A DNA stretch of 64,000 nucleotides from Octopus sinensis (GCF_006345805.1 NC_043006.1:80724001-80788000), one strand, 5' to 3'; numbered from the stretch's first letter, positions 27,256 through 41,347 are shown. A program made the numbers and translations. Notes: generated by a model from the sequence alone, not told the origin.

Positions 27256-27259
27256 AAAA

Positions 27260-27730
<471 letters not shown>

Positions 27731-27734
27731 GGTT

Positions 27735-29502
27735 ATTTATGTTGTGCATTTCACTGCTCGATTTCACCTCCACTGACTAATTTTATAAGAGCGAACTGCA
27801 ACCTTTTCTCAATGGTCTCACAGGGTCTTTTTGCACGATACCTAACATCCAGGAACTCATCTCAAATTTCTTTGTGTCCCCATGAAGCATTTTTTTCATA
27901 TTTTCTGCTTTCATGTTAATCACAATTTCTCTCACAAATTTCTCATGCCTGGTTGTTAATGCTCCTAATTCTCTTTCAACTACTGGGATGATAGTTGCGT
28001 TTCTTCATTGCTCACATTCACCTTTTCTACATCCGGACATCCTCATGTTCGGAAATACTAACTTGCTTGGCTTTATGATTTTGTTAACTACAACAATGTC
28101 TTTGAGCATCAATCACTGAATAACACTAGATTATAAAATCCCACAGGATCTTATACTCATTATTCTCGGCGACACCTACTGGCTTATGCTCACACTATTT
28201 CAATATCCGTTGAAGACCGTGCTTCTTACACAATCTCTAACGAACATACCTAACTACATTATCATGCCACCTTTTGTAATTCCTTTAGGGCTACTTTGTA
28301 AAACTCATTCACAATATGTATGTGAGATGTGTTTTATTTGCAGGATACGTTCCATTTTTGATGCAATGTATCCTACAAGGAAGTGATTCTATGTGGAACT
28401 TTGTATAATTAGTTCTTAAAACTTGCTTTTGAGCGCTGCAAAACTATCTCTGTGCATCCTTTCAGATGACTTTTCCTTAGCTACCTCCAATTGCTGGCCT
28501 CATCCTTCTCTTCCAAGTCATCCATATACGAGAGATGATTCAAATTTACCCCATATTTCAAGGTGCACCCTGATGTCACTTTCCGTAATATCTATGTGAA
28601 AGATATCATACAAATTACAAACGGCAATGGTGACAGATTATCACCCCGAATCTTGCCTCTCATGATGTTAACGTTCGCCAAAATTTCTCCACATGATGGT
28701 AACTGTTTTCCAGTTCGTTACCAACCTTCTGATAAGAATTCAAAATATTATCAGACGTATGTACCAACATAAGACGCTCTAATATCCATGAATGGGGGAC
28801 CATGTCATAAGCTTTTTTTTCACAATCGATCCACGCTATACCCATATGGTAAGTTTTTCTTATAATCGTTCAGCAACATTCTGTCTATAAGAAATTAGCC
28901 TTGTGTCCCTTGACCTTTACTCTTGTATTCCTTCTGTTCCACTGACAGCTTGTAATTAAATTCAAGAAAATCATTTGCACAATTCGATATTATTCGTGTC
29001 ATCAAATTTCACATCAGACGTTGACAGAAGGTTGGCTGATAATTATCCACTGTATTACTTTTACAAGAATCCTTTTCATAAAGAAGTATTTTTTCACTGT
29101 TGTCATCATCTTCGGGATTTCCACCTCGCTGTTGATTATTTTATCCATTTGCGCAGCTATTATTTTATGTAATACTGGAAAAATTTTCAGCCAGTACATT
29201 TGTACTCCATCCGGACGAGTTTGGAACCTTTATTTGTCTGCTCGTGTTTTACTCCATTGTTTGCCAACCTTAATACTCTTACTCTTTACTCTCTTACTTG
29301 TTTCAGTCATTTGACTGCGGCCATGCTGGAGCAGCGCCTTTAATCGAGAAACTCGACCCTGGGACTTATTCTTTTGTAAGCCCAGTACTTATTCTATCGA
29401 TATCTTTTGCCGAACCGCTAAGTAACGGGGACATAAACACACCAACATCGGTTGTCAAGCAATGCTAGGGGGACGAACACAGACACTCAAACACACACAC
29501 GC

Positions 29503-29533
<31 letters not shown>

Positions 29534-30000
29534 TACGACGGGTTTCTTTCAGTTTCCGTCTACCAAATCCACTCACAAGGTTTTGGTCGGCCCGAGGCTA
29601 TAGTAGAAGACACTTGCCCAAGGTGCCACGCAGTGGGACTGAACCCGGAACCATGTGGTTGGTAAACAAGCTACTTACCACACTCCTGCGCCTAATCATT
29701 AAGCATATTTCTTATGAACCTTTCCAAATGATACTACAAAACCTATTTTCTTCAATTTCTGATCTTATTGGAACAATCAATTCACCTTCCATTTTTCAAT
29801 TCTTCATTATATCTCTTAATTTTTTGTAACTTTCGCCTGGAGTCTTTGTTTCAGTTCATCAAAGACCCTTTATCTTGATTCTGTATCAGCGTTCTAGTTC
29901 CGGATATTTTTCCTTATCCCTGATTTCACCTTGTTTCTTTCTTTTTAGAATGTTGATATGCTTTCGTAGTTCGTTCATTGATTGCTTTATCCTTCATTTC
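27735..30000 (-). mobile_element. R4/Dong-clade LINE, decayed and interrupted by a SINE
   Basis: Minus RT motif IAWID...KAYDMVPHSWI (28660-28845), N-terminal ELKQRLQAK (about 29830-29860) and RLE-region remnants near 27800-28100; the 3' end runs into (TAA)n. Confidence 0.75.
29274..29693 (-). mobile_element. SINE family A nested in the Dong-like LINE
   Basis: Full family A sequence, with LINE homology on both sides. Confidence 0.9.
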
Positions 30001-30003
30001 TAA

Positions 30004-30322
30004 CTAGATTTTAAAAAATGCATTAAAAATGGAAAAAAAATGATGGTAAATTTTTTAAAAATCGTTGACTCATCGTAGACATTTTTAGAGAGTTACTTCC
30101 CTTATTTAATAGCGAAAAAATGCATTAAAATAGAAAAAATGATGGTAAATTTTTTTGTTAATCGTAGACTCATCGTAGACGCGCGTAATACCCAGAAGGG
30201 CTCGATATGAATCACGACTATAAGATACCCGGTTTTGGTTAAACTGCACCGCAAAATTTGGGAGTAGTTAGGAATCTAAATCGTAGGAGACAGACACACA
30301 ACCATACTTTTATATATAAAGA
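30004..30322 (-). mobile_element. Non-autonomous Helitron-like element with an internal ~100-bp duplication
   Basis: Minus strand reads A|TCTTTATATATAAAAG...AAAATCTAG|T (5' TC, 3' CTAG, A-T target). The aaaaaatgcattaaaa...gactcatcgtagac block occurs at 30014 and 30115. No clear subterminal hairpin. Confidence 0.5.
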
Positions 30323-31062
30323 TGTAAGCTTTAATCAATCTATTCATTGTTGGTATTCTTCTTATTGTTATTGTTACTATATATTTTTAATAATTTTCTC
30401 TAAATCAAAATTATTGTTGAGAGAAAATATGTCCCTGAAACTTGCAAACTATGAAATTTAATTCCAAAGGAGAAAAATTGTTACGAAGACAGTAAATATA
30501 TTTATTTTACATAATCCTCAAAATTTTATTCCGTTTAATTTAAACTTGTAAATTATTACGTAATTTTACCAAATCCCAACACGATGGAATTTGATTTAGT
30601 TTTTGACTAATGATTAGCGATTAGGTAATTAAAGAATTATTTATTCATAGAAGGCAGTATTCGGTGCCAAATTGTTTAAGCAGCAACATTTAATGGCAGT
30701 TCATAGAATAATATTCGGCAGTACATATATATATATATATATATAATATATATATTATATATATATATATCATATGAATTAGAGATAAAACCACTAATAT
30801 GCAACTCAAACAGTGATAGACATAAACCAATACATAAATATAATATATATATATATAACTTTTTCTTTTTTTAAATATAACTTAGATATATATATCGATA
30901 GATAGATAGATAGTTAGATACATACTTATAGATACACACCCACATATAACATATACACAATCTAATATTTATACATATATATATATACATATGTGTATAT
31001 ATAAATAATTTGATTATATATTATATATATTATATATTGTATATATATACATATATGCATAT

Positions 31063-31105
<43 letters not shown>

Positions 31106-32224
31106 GTGTATATATTATATATTGTGTATATGTGTGTGCGTGTATAGCTATATATGCAACACAGACATACATATTCGCATACATATGTGTATATATCCAT
31201 GTTGTATTTGCAATTACGAAATATTTCGAAATTACGAAATATTTTCCCGCTATCGTCATGGTTCGTTTCAGGTAACTTTTTTTTCGGTCCTACTGAGGTG
31301 TATCGTGTGTTATATTCACTGATAAACGAATATCAACTGAGTACAATTTCGTACATGGAAAATATGCTGAATTAAATGGACATATGCGGTGAACCAAATG
31401 TTCATTTGGAGTTTGGTATTTATTTACGTTCTTTCTCCTGTTTCGTTTCCCACATTACACCATACTCTGAAAAAGAAATATATCCAAAACGTCATAACGA
31501 TCTACTCTCTTCATTTCTATGAGCGTCAAACTAATGTTATTGATCGTTTCTTTACCTTTCAATATATATCTCACTCTCTCTCTTTCTCTCATCTTTTCTC
31601 TCCTCTCTCTCTCTCTCTCTCTGTCTGTCTGTGCGTGTGCGTGCGGATTTGTGTGAATGTGCGTGTGAGTATATGTGTATTTGTGTATTTGTGTGTGTGT
31701 GTGTGTATGTGTATGTGTTAGTGTTTGTGTGTGTTTCTGTGTGTCTTTATGTTTCTCTGTATGAACATAATGCTGAAGTGCTTTCTGACTTTACCTAAGA
31801 GCATTCAAGCGCTCGCAGAGAATATGTGGGGTTGCCCTTATTGCAAAGAACCGATTCAGTATTCCTTCGTTACTCACATTAAACTAATTCACGATCCTTC
31901 TTTCCTGCAAGACCGATCATTTTATCAATTGTTTCTGTGCTGATGCTTAGTTGTGAAACCCATTCTTCAACAATTTTTGGTCTTGTCTGAAACGTTGCTT
32001 CGTTTTTATTTTCTGATTTTCTGGAATTATTTTAGGACCAATTTCGTCTTAAGTTTTCAAGATTTTGAATTTTCTAAGAGAAAAAATCGTTAACGACATT
32101 GGACTGACTAATAAGAAGTTTGGTTTTCTTAGAACCACATTTATAACGCTGTCGAGTGACGACATATTCAAAGTGATGCTGACGTTTGGAGTTTGGTTAC
32201 TTCAACATTATTTGGAAGCTACAA

Positions 32225-32602
32225 GGCGGCGAGCTGGCAGAAACGTTAACACGTCGGGTGAAATGCTTAGCGTATTTCATCTGCCACTACTTCTGAGTTC
32301 AAATTCCGCCGAGGTCGACTTTGCCTTTCATCCTTTCGGGGTCGATTAAATAAGTACCAGTTACGCACTGGGGTCGATATAATCGACTTAATCCGTTTGT
32401 CTGTCCTTGTTTGTCCTCTCTGTGTGTAGCCCGTGGCAGGCAGTAAAGAAATAGGTATTTTGAAGTCAACATTGTCTTTCATCCTTTGGCGGGGATGGGG
32501 GGAGCGATAAATTAAGTACCAGTAGAGTACTGGGGTCGATATGATAGACTGTACCCCTCCCCACAAAATCCAGGCCTTGTGCTTGTATTAGAAAGGATTA
32601 TT
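32225..32602 (+). mobile_element. SINE family B full copy followed by a second partial copy with a different tail
   Basis: Head ggcggcgagctggcagaaacgtt...; tail 1 ends at 32451; the second unit restarts at ggtattt (32454). Confidence 0.85.
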
Positions 32603-33272
32603 TAGATGCCAAAACACTCACTTAAGAAACGACAGGACTATGATTTCTACTTTATTGGCTCACTGAGGATCCAATTCCGTTTACTTTTTTTATACTTTTT
32701 GATCGAGGTATTGAAATCATTATTTAAAACGATCTTGTATGCTGTCGGTAACTTGCTAGTGTTTTCAGATGGTAGGAGTTGAAGTTCTTAACATCTTCAT
32801 CGTTGTCATCGGCAGTGGTACGTGATGAAACGGAAACAAAAATTAATGAAATTTTGTCCATAAGCTAGAAAAAGGAACGGCATACACATCTCATTAATGT
32901 CTCTTGGTGTGAAATTATCGTTATTGAACGACAAATCTAATTCCGTGGATGCGGTATTCTCCTTTTTCCTCTTTCTTTCGAAAAGATAACAATCTCAAAT
33001 GTATTCTTTGATTTTCCGACCTCCACCTCCTGCTCCTCATCCCCCTCTTCATACTCCTCCCTCTCCCTCTCCCCATTCTCTACTCCCTCCACCCCTCTCT
33101 TGCTCTCATAGAAGCATCTACACATATATATGCATATATGTGTGCATGTATGAATGCATGTATGTATGTATATATCAACATGTGTTTACAGACGCGTAGA
33201 CATATCCACGCGCACGCGTACAAACATATATATGTATATACAAATATAAATGTGTATACTGGCGAGTAGAGA

Positions 33273-33317
<45 letters not shown>

Positions 33318-34055
33318 GAGAGAGAGAGAGAAAGAAAGAGAGACAGAAAGAAAGAGAGAGAGTTCATACATTATTCTATTCCAGTTTCTAAATACCGCCT
33401 GCGAATGCATGGCACCAATTCATCGGTTCAACTCGAAGCTTGTTTAATAAATGTGGATAAAGAAATAAAGAAGCAGACAGGTATTGGAAGGATAAGGGAT
33501 GCTCCTGCCTATAGAATCTTTGGTCGAGAAGCCTGCTGCTTCACAAAAATATTAAAGTCGGAGGTTTTAGAGACGAAATATTTCTCTAAGCTAATATTCA
33601 AGTAACAATATGGCGGAATTAGTGTTCAGAATTGAATTTCATTCCTATATTTTTTTCCTAATATCCTTATATTACAAGCTATCACAGTACGCTTCCATGT
33701 TATTTGGAAGCCTGCTCGATGAGAATATATTAGAATTCATTGTTGCTCTGAATACGTAATCTGGTTGATTATTGAAAGCCAAAAGCGAGTTTCTTTTTTC
33801 TGAGTTTCTGAATATATCACATGTTTTCTCAGGTATTTTCCCCCAAACGAATAAAGAGTGGTGGTGGGGAGAGATCATAGCTAATAATACGGATTTGTTC
33901 ATTCAATTGGTGCATATAAATATCTGCACACACACACACACACACAACACATATATATACATATATATATATATGTATGTATATATATGCATATATACAA
34001 ATATGTATGTATATATGTATGTATGTATGTATGTACGTATATGTATGTATATATA

Positions 34056-34109
<54 letters not shown>

Positions 34110-34112
<3 letters not shown>

Positions 34113-34316
34113 GACGGGCTTCTTTCAGTTTCCGTCTACGATATCCAGTCATAAGGCTTTGGTCGACCTGAGGATATAGAACACATTTGTACAAGGTATC
34201 ACGCAATGAGACTTAACCCAGAGCTATGTGGTTGGGAAGCAAGCACAGCCACGCCTGCGCCTAAACAGCCACGCCTGCGCCTACACAGCCACACCTGCGC
34301 CTACACAGCCACACCT
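34110..34316 (-). mobile_element. SINE family A 5' half with a 20-bp tandem amplification of its head
   Basis: acagccac(g/a)cctgcgccta(a/c) starts at 34245, 34265, 34285 and 34305. Confidence 0.8.
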
Positions 34317-34358
34317 TTTATATTTTAATATTTCACATTGGCATAGCGTGAATAATAA

Positions 34359-34470
<112 letters not shown>

Positions 34471-34479
34471 ATATACACA

Positions 34480-34900
34480 TATAACCTTTACTGCGGTTAA
34501 ACTAATCAGCGTTCAATAGAAACAGATAATAACATGAAGTAATGTGGAGGACAAGTTTTCATAGGTCAAAATCCTTTATCCAAATTCAGATACGGTAGCA
34601 AACCGATATTAAAATATAGATCGAGAGGATACCAAATAGGGAGACGTAGCTTCATCAGAACTTTTAGGTGTCAATTATTCCAATATTACAAGTCAACCAT
34701 GAAGGTAGATGAACAGTAGTATATGATAACGTACATATCCTTACGATCGTTTCAGGAAATTGCGTTTGTATTGGGCTAATCTCCCAACAAATACAAATGG
34801 CCACATTTTCCTCATTAGAAATACATTAAGCAATTAAAATACTTTTAACATAGTTTTAAAATCGATTTAAAATATCTACTTACAGATCATAGGAGCGTTT
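34480..34900 (-). mobile_element. (TA)n-flanked ~420-bp segment with a degenerate hammerhead-like motif (34735-34824)
   Basis: Minus strand reads CTAATGA, a long hairpin, GAA-ACGATCGT-A-AGGATAT. Confidence 0.4.
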
Positions 34901-35317
34901 CAAAATATACATATATACATATATATATATATATAATATGTAATATATATATATATGTATATATATATTATATATATATATATATATATGTATGTAGGTA
35001 TGCGCATATGTGTGTGTATGTGTGTATGTATGTATGCATATATATATGTGTGGTGTGTATGGTGGTGTATGTGTGATGGGTGTGAGGTTTGTGCATTATA
35101 TGCACAGTAGGGCTGAATAGTGTCTTCAACAAGTTTTGTGTTCCGTGCCATACCACCTGAGTCAAACTGGATTGACAAAATTACAGTACTTCTCATTTAA
35201 AAGCTATAGCTCTGTTACACCCCGTGCCGCGCTAATTCTGCATGAAAAATTTCTCTATTAGTCTACGTGTCTCCGGAATGCTCATGCACTTTGACCTTAA
35301 TTCACGAGCAGCTAGTT

Positions 35318-35319
<2 letters not shown>

Positions 35320-35382
<63 letters not shown>

Positions 35383-35475
35383 CATCCATCCATCCATCCA
35401 TCCATCCATCCATCCATCATCCATCAATCCATCCATCCATCCATCCATCCATTCCATCCATCCATCCATCCATCC

Positions 35476-35511
<36 letters not shown>

Positions 35512-35512
35512 C
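35320..35512. repeat. (TATC)n-(CATC)n-(TATC)n microsatellite
   Basis: Direct reading. Confidence 0.95.
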
Positions 35513-36021
35513 TTTTGATAGTATTCGTTGACAGATCGACTCGTAAGTTACTACTTATTTTATTGTGTTTCTCGAAAAGAGTCGTTGTAAATTTTGCACA
35601 CGGAGTGTGTAAGACACCCAGCTGTCGTTGGGTGTGTTTTCGGAGGGGATTATGCCCCTAGGGGCATTTTCAGCCTCAAATATATTCACAATTTTGGCTG
35701 CAATAACTTGTTTTTTAACATAATGTCGGCGAAGCGTTTCTAGTAAATTACGAACGCTGTTCTCTTTCTTCTCGTTTGTATCCATTATTTACGTTCCACA
35801 TTGTCGTAGTATTGTGACTTTCCAAACGCTCAACTTTCGTTTGAGCCTGTGTTAAATATAGAAATCGCCCATAAGGGAATTTTCAATCTATTTTTATTTT
35901 TTCTCTTGAAACAAAAAATAATAATGTCAAGAAATCTTATAGTGGAAAAATATTCTGCTATGTTTTCTGAAGAAAACTTTCCCAGTTTGCAAAATACAAT
36001 CGACAAACGCGCTAACAGTAA

Positions 36022-37353
36022 AATGGATAATACTCAAACCACCACCACCACGTCATCCACTACCTCAACACCAACAACAACAACAATGATAACAAGAATA
36101 ACAATAATTGCGACACCGTTTCGATATCTGCTGCCTCGGCTGTCTCTTGGCCACTGACAACAACCAACAAAAACAAACAACAACAACAACAACTCCGTTC
36201 AGACCTGTTTTACTTCAACGACAAAAACGGAAGTAAATAAACAAAAATCTGTAAAAACCAAACAAATTGTCAAAAGATGCCCGACTACAGGGATAAATTA
36301 CGAAAATAATTTTCCACCCCTTCCTACTTGCACAATCGAACCAAACACACCAATTTTACAAACTGCAGCCAACAACAACATCACCACAAGCAACAACAAT
36401 AACAAAACAACAACAAATTTCGCTGAGGCGATTAAAGAAAAAAAAACAACAATATATTTTACGGCTCAACAAATACAGGACACGAACATTAAAATAACAG
36501 AATCAGATGGTATAGTAAAGATAAACATACCAGAAGACATTTTGGAAGATGAAAAAAGACGAACAATCATTTATAAAATAGTTAACAAAAAAACAAAAAG
36601 CCCAGAGAAGGCTAACACAAGCAAAATAGAGAAGTGCTTGAAACACCATCTGGAATCACAAGAATATGTGACCTGGTGGAACAAATTTGCCCACATACAA
36701 GTTGTTTTCTACACCGAAGAGTTAGCTAGACGTTTCTCAACGCTAACTCTTCACTCAGATGACTCCAACTTACACCAAGCTATCGGGGACAGAAAGTGAC
36801 TAAGATCACTCTAAACAATGTCCCCAAAATAGCCAATAATCTATGGCTTGTAAAGGCCTTATGCGTAAAAATGACGAATTTACGAATTTTATTTTGGAAA
36901 CACAGTCACAGAGCATAAAAATGGGTGGGAAAAAAAGTAGAATTTCTTCTACATATACATCATGAAGATATAAAAAAAATACCCACCCAGATATGTGCAT
37001 CAGACGACCAGAAGTTATATGTGGTCGTCGATGGCAGAAGACCACGTTGCTACATATGCGGCAGTGAGCAACACCTAAAAAAAGACTGCAAATCTGCCGC
37101 AAGAAACAAACAGCAGCAACAACAGCAGCCGGAAACAAAAACAAATAAACAAGGTTTACTACCCACACCACTTTTTGCAGGAACAAACCTCACCAAACAA
37201 ACAACCACACCAACTGCAGCACCAAGAATAGAAGCAGCATCACCAACAACAACAACCAAGAATATACCAACTCCAAAACCAAGGACATCTGCCAAAAGGA
37301 CACCCAGCAAAAAAGAAAGAAACAATTACAACTCCAAATCCCCACAAAATTGA
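36022..37353 (+). pseudogene. Tx1 ORF1 (gag-like zinc-knuckle protein), frameshifted
   Basis: RCYICGSEQHLKKDC (C-x2-C-x4-H-x4-C) in ORF 36925-37353; upstream ORF pieces are in other frames. Confidence 0.7.
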
Positions 37354-38045
37354 GACCCCAAACAACACAACAATACTACAATCACTCAAACACAAAATAC
37401 CCAAACCCCATCTCCAAAACCGCCATACACCAAACCAAAAAACGCTCACCAACCAACACCAACAACAAAATCAACACAGTCGACAATAGACCCCAATATT
37501 TTCCCTCTTCCAGGATCCGATTCGTCTGATTTGTCATTAGACGAAGAAGACACGGAAGATTGGCAAATAGCCACAGGGGGGGGAGAAGAAAAAGGGGAAG
37601 AAAAAAAAAAAGAAAAAAAAAATAACAAACAAAGCGGGAAGATACCACCACCCCCGAAACAAAAACATCCACAGAAAACACACACATCAACACAAACACA
37701 CCATCATCAAACCCCCCAACAATGTTGACAGCCATAAACACAAACAACCACGACCTAATGGAACACATTAGGTCAAACACTAACATTACTGAAAACGACA
37801 TAAAAACAAGTAAACCCCCCACACACAACACCACCAAAACACATTAAAATAATACACGTGACACAGAACACATACAGCACCCTGAAATCTCTTTACCCTG
37901 ATGCAGTAGGGAGATTTCAAAAGTACTCATCGAAAAAACTGTATAAAAGCCTCATAGAAGAAGACCGTGAGGTGAAAGACAAAGAACTTTCGAAAAACAA
38001 GTAACCTTTTCTCTCTCCTTTTCCTTTTTGCACTTTTATCGGAAC

Positions 38046-41000
38046 ATGCTCAGAATAGGTAGTATAAATGTACGTGGCTTGGGTCGCCTTGGAAACAAGG
38101 CTACCTGTTAAATGACATCAAGTCACTAAATCTGAATATCATAGCCATCAGTGAGACCAGACTCCACAGCTTGCGGGCACTCCAGCACATTTTCGGTACA
38201 CATTTCAACATTTATTTTTCTCCGTGTCTACCGAGAATGGGCGGAGGTGGCACCGCGGTGCTTATCCGGAAGAGTCTGGATCTCAAAGTAAGAGCAAATT
38301 TCCTAGACCCGGAGGGTAGGCTGGTCGTTTTGGATGTCGATGGCAGCAATGAGTGTGCTTTTCGATGATAGCAGTTTATGCTCCGTCCTTAACAGGCCGA
38401 CCAGATTTTTCGACGTCTAGAGTCTTTCATGGGAACGTCTCGTCCTTACTTTAGTGGGGGATTGGAATGCCACCCTGGACACGCATCTAGACGTGGGCAG
38501 AGATAGCAATAGAAGGGGATGCAAATGCCTCAAAGACCTGCTCAGACGTTTCCAACTGTCTGACAGGTACCGACTGGACCACCGAATGTGCCAATGTGGA
38601 CATGGAGTAACCGCATCGGGTCGTCCAGATCATACTTAGATAGAGTATTCTGTAGGACAATAAATAAAAAATAGTGTAGGTTGTCCACAACTTCATATAG
38701 TCAGTTACACAGATCACAAGTTTGTGACTTGTACACTTGACTTAGATAAAACACATAGGCAGGGTCCTGGTTACTGGAAACTGAACGCGTATTTTACAGC
38801 ACGACAGGTTTACAGGGACCGGATCAGCACATTAGTTAAGAGAGCTTTGACGGGTACCATCATCAACAACAGATGGTGGTATGCCCTAAAAAAAGCGATT
38901 AAAGCAGAATCAGTCAGATACAGTAGAGCCCTAGCATTAGACCGAAATAGAATAGAGGGAGAATTAGTTAAGGTTTTAGAAGAGGCACTTAGAACTGGCA
39001 TCGCGTCCAACGTGCTGGCGGCGAGATTGGCCCTCGACCAACACCTCAACGCCAAACACGAGGGATGCGTTGTCAGAGCTAGGATGCGTGCTCTGAGGAA
39101 CGAAGGAGTTGGAGCCGCCCAAGAGGCCCGAGTGGTGGAGACGCAACGAGGCAACATAGCCACCATCAAGTCTCTTATAGATGAACAGGGGCGCGAATTG
39201 CTCGAGCCTAAAAGGATGTGTGGGGTTTTTCAACAACACTTCACCCAACTGTTTGGGACAAGTGGTGAGTCAGAAAGCAGAGTGGACTTTAGTGCCTACC
39301 TGCATGCCTTGCCACGACTCTCAGCAAGGGAGGTGGAGTCTTGTGAAAAGCCTATCACAGCTGCGGACGTACAGGATGCGATGGTAGGCTGCGCGAGAGA
39401 CAAGTCACCAGGCTTGGATGGTCTGCCCTACGAACTTTATTTTCATATGCCAGACTTCTTTGGAGGCGTCTTGGCAGCTGTCTACTGCAAGTGGCAGCAG
39501 AACGGGAGTATTCCTGCTTTTGTAAAGCGAGGAGCAGTGGCACTGATTAAGAAAGACCCAAACAAGGGGGACGTCATAGATAATTTCAGGCCCATCACTC
39601 TGCTCAACGCAGATTTGAAAATGTTGGCCAAGGTGTTAGCCGAGAGGTTGGCGCTTGTCATCAAGAAACTAATCGACAAGGCGCAAACATGCGCCGTGCC
39701 GGGTAGAAATATTCATGACAACCTCCATCTGATGCGCTACATCATAGACAGGGTAGTTAAAAATCCTGGCATGGGTGGGGCGCTGATCAATTTGGATCAA
39801 TCAAAAGCCTTCGATAGGGTAGACCATCACTACTTGGAGGCTGTCCTAAAGCGGCTGGTTTTTCGGTCCAGTTTTCCGCGGTGGATCGCTGCCTTATACA
39901 GCGGCATCCGCTCAGTAGTTCGCGTAAATGGTCATCTATCCAGACCTTTAACATCATGCGTTCGGTTCGTCAGGGATGTCCCCTCTCAACGCTGCTGTGT
40001 ATGTATGACTCTTGAGCCACTACTGCGGAAACTGGCGACGCTGAGGGGCATCCCACGAGAGCTGGGATGCGGGACGAGCGTGTCTGCATACGCGGATTGA
40101 CGTCACCGTCATAGTGTCGAGCTACGAGCACATCGAGCTGGTCGGACGAGACACTAAAAGAACACGAAGCGGTGGTAAGGGAGCAAAAATTAACCGGGAA
40201 AAGTCAGTGGGCTTGCGGCTCGGCACCTGGAGAAGCAAGCCCATGCCGTCCAACAGCGTCTCCATCGTGGGACGCTGGACGGACGGACCGGTTAAATTGC
40301 TCGGGTCTGGTTCGGTCCGGACCTCCAAATGGAGAAGAACTGGGGCGAGAGATAACGACTAGGGTGGCTACTCTCACCCAGAAATGGGCTGAGAGAAAGC
40401 TATCCCTAAAAGGTCGGGCGGCGGAGGTGGCGAACGCGTACATCGCATCCGTCATCGAGTATCGTCTGACCGTCGTGCCTTGTCCCGACCCTACCATCAC
40501 CAAACTGGAACGTATACTCTTTCGCTTCTTGTGGAAGGGAAACGTTCCGATGGTTAGGCGATCCATTTGCTGCCAACACCCGTTAAATGGAGGGCTGGGC
40601 ATGCCGTGGTTGATGATGCGCAGACATGCGCTGAGACTGTGACATCTCCGGCGCTTCATAGACAACGGGAACAGGTGTGGTCGCCTTTTGTGCGGCGCGC
40701 TTCCCGCAGCTCGTCTCTTGGACGAACTACAGTCATGGATCAAGCAGAGACCGAGGCTAGGCGAATGGCACCGTGAGTGTCGCGTTGCTCTCAAGCAACT
40801 CTGCCGTCCGGGATCGAACTTGTGCGACTCCATCACAACAAGGCATTCTATAGAGGATTAGTGGAGGGGAGGTGCGACGACGAACTCGGGCAGAGTCTGG
40901 GCGTCGACGAGGAACACCTGACCCGCCTGTTCAGGACAACTTTCGGGCCGGGACCTATGAACAATCACCAAAGATCCCTGGCCTGGCAGTGCTATCGAGA

Positions 41001-41160
41001 AGCATTACCTGTCGGGATAAGCTCTACAGACACGGTTCCAGACAACTGGACCGACTTGCCCGAGATGCGGTCAGAGCGACGAAACCGTTCCACGCACTCG
41101 TGCAATGTCCAACCATTTCCGACCTGTGGGCTTATGCCGAACGGCTGCTGTCACGTGTGG
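38046..41160 (+). pseudogene. Tx1 ORF2 (AP endonuclease + reverse transcriptase), frameshifted
   Basis: MLRIGSINVRGL, SETR, GDWNA, LDRVF, TDHKF, GPGYWKLN, KSPGLDGLPYE, FRPITLLNADLK, LDQSKAFDRVDH, VRQGCPLS and YAD(+1)D. Confidence 0.9.
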
Positions 41161-41347
41161 GACGAATCTGTGATACACGATTCCTTTTTTTTCCTTTTTA
41201 CCTCCTCTCGATCCCTTTTGATCGCAATCTTACATTTATTTTCTTTTTTTTCCCACCTCGAAAAGAAAAGTTCTGCATTTGTATTTGTCCCTCTGTATTC
41301 AGCCCTGTGTGGCTAATAAAGAAAGTTATCTATCTTATCTATCTATT

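Larger units (their letters stand above)
35513..41325 (+). mobile_element. Near full-length Tx1-like (L1 clade) LINE
   Basis: ORF1 with a CCHC knuckle, ORF2 with APE+RT, and a 3' end ...gtggctaataaagaaa followed by (TATC)n. The 5' boundary is inferred from the end of the upstream (TATC)n. Confidence 0.85.

Noticed and set aside
33660-33900. CR1/L2-like C-terminus (FPQTNKEW)
   Set aside because: One short motif only; too weak to list as a feature.
34245-34316. Short regular repeats as a CRISPR array
   Set aside because: The units are contiguous with no spacers, derive from a SINE head and lie in a eukaryotic context with no cas genes.
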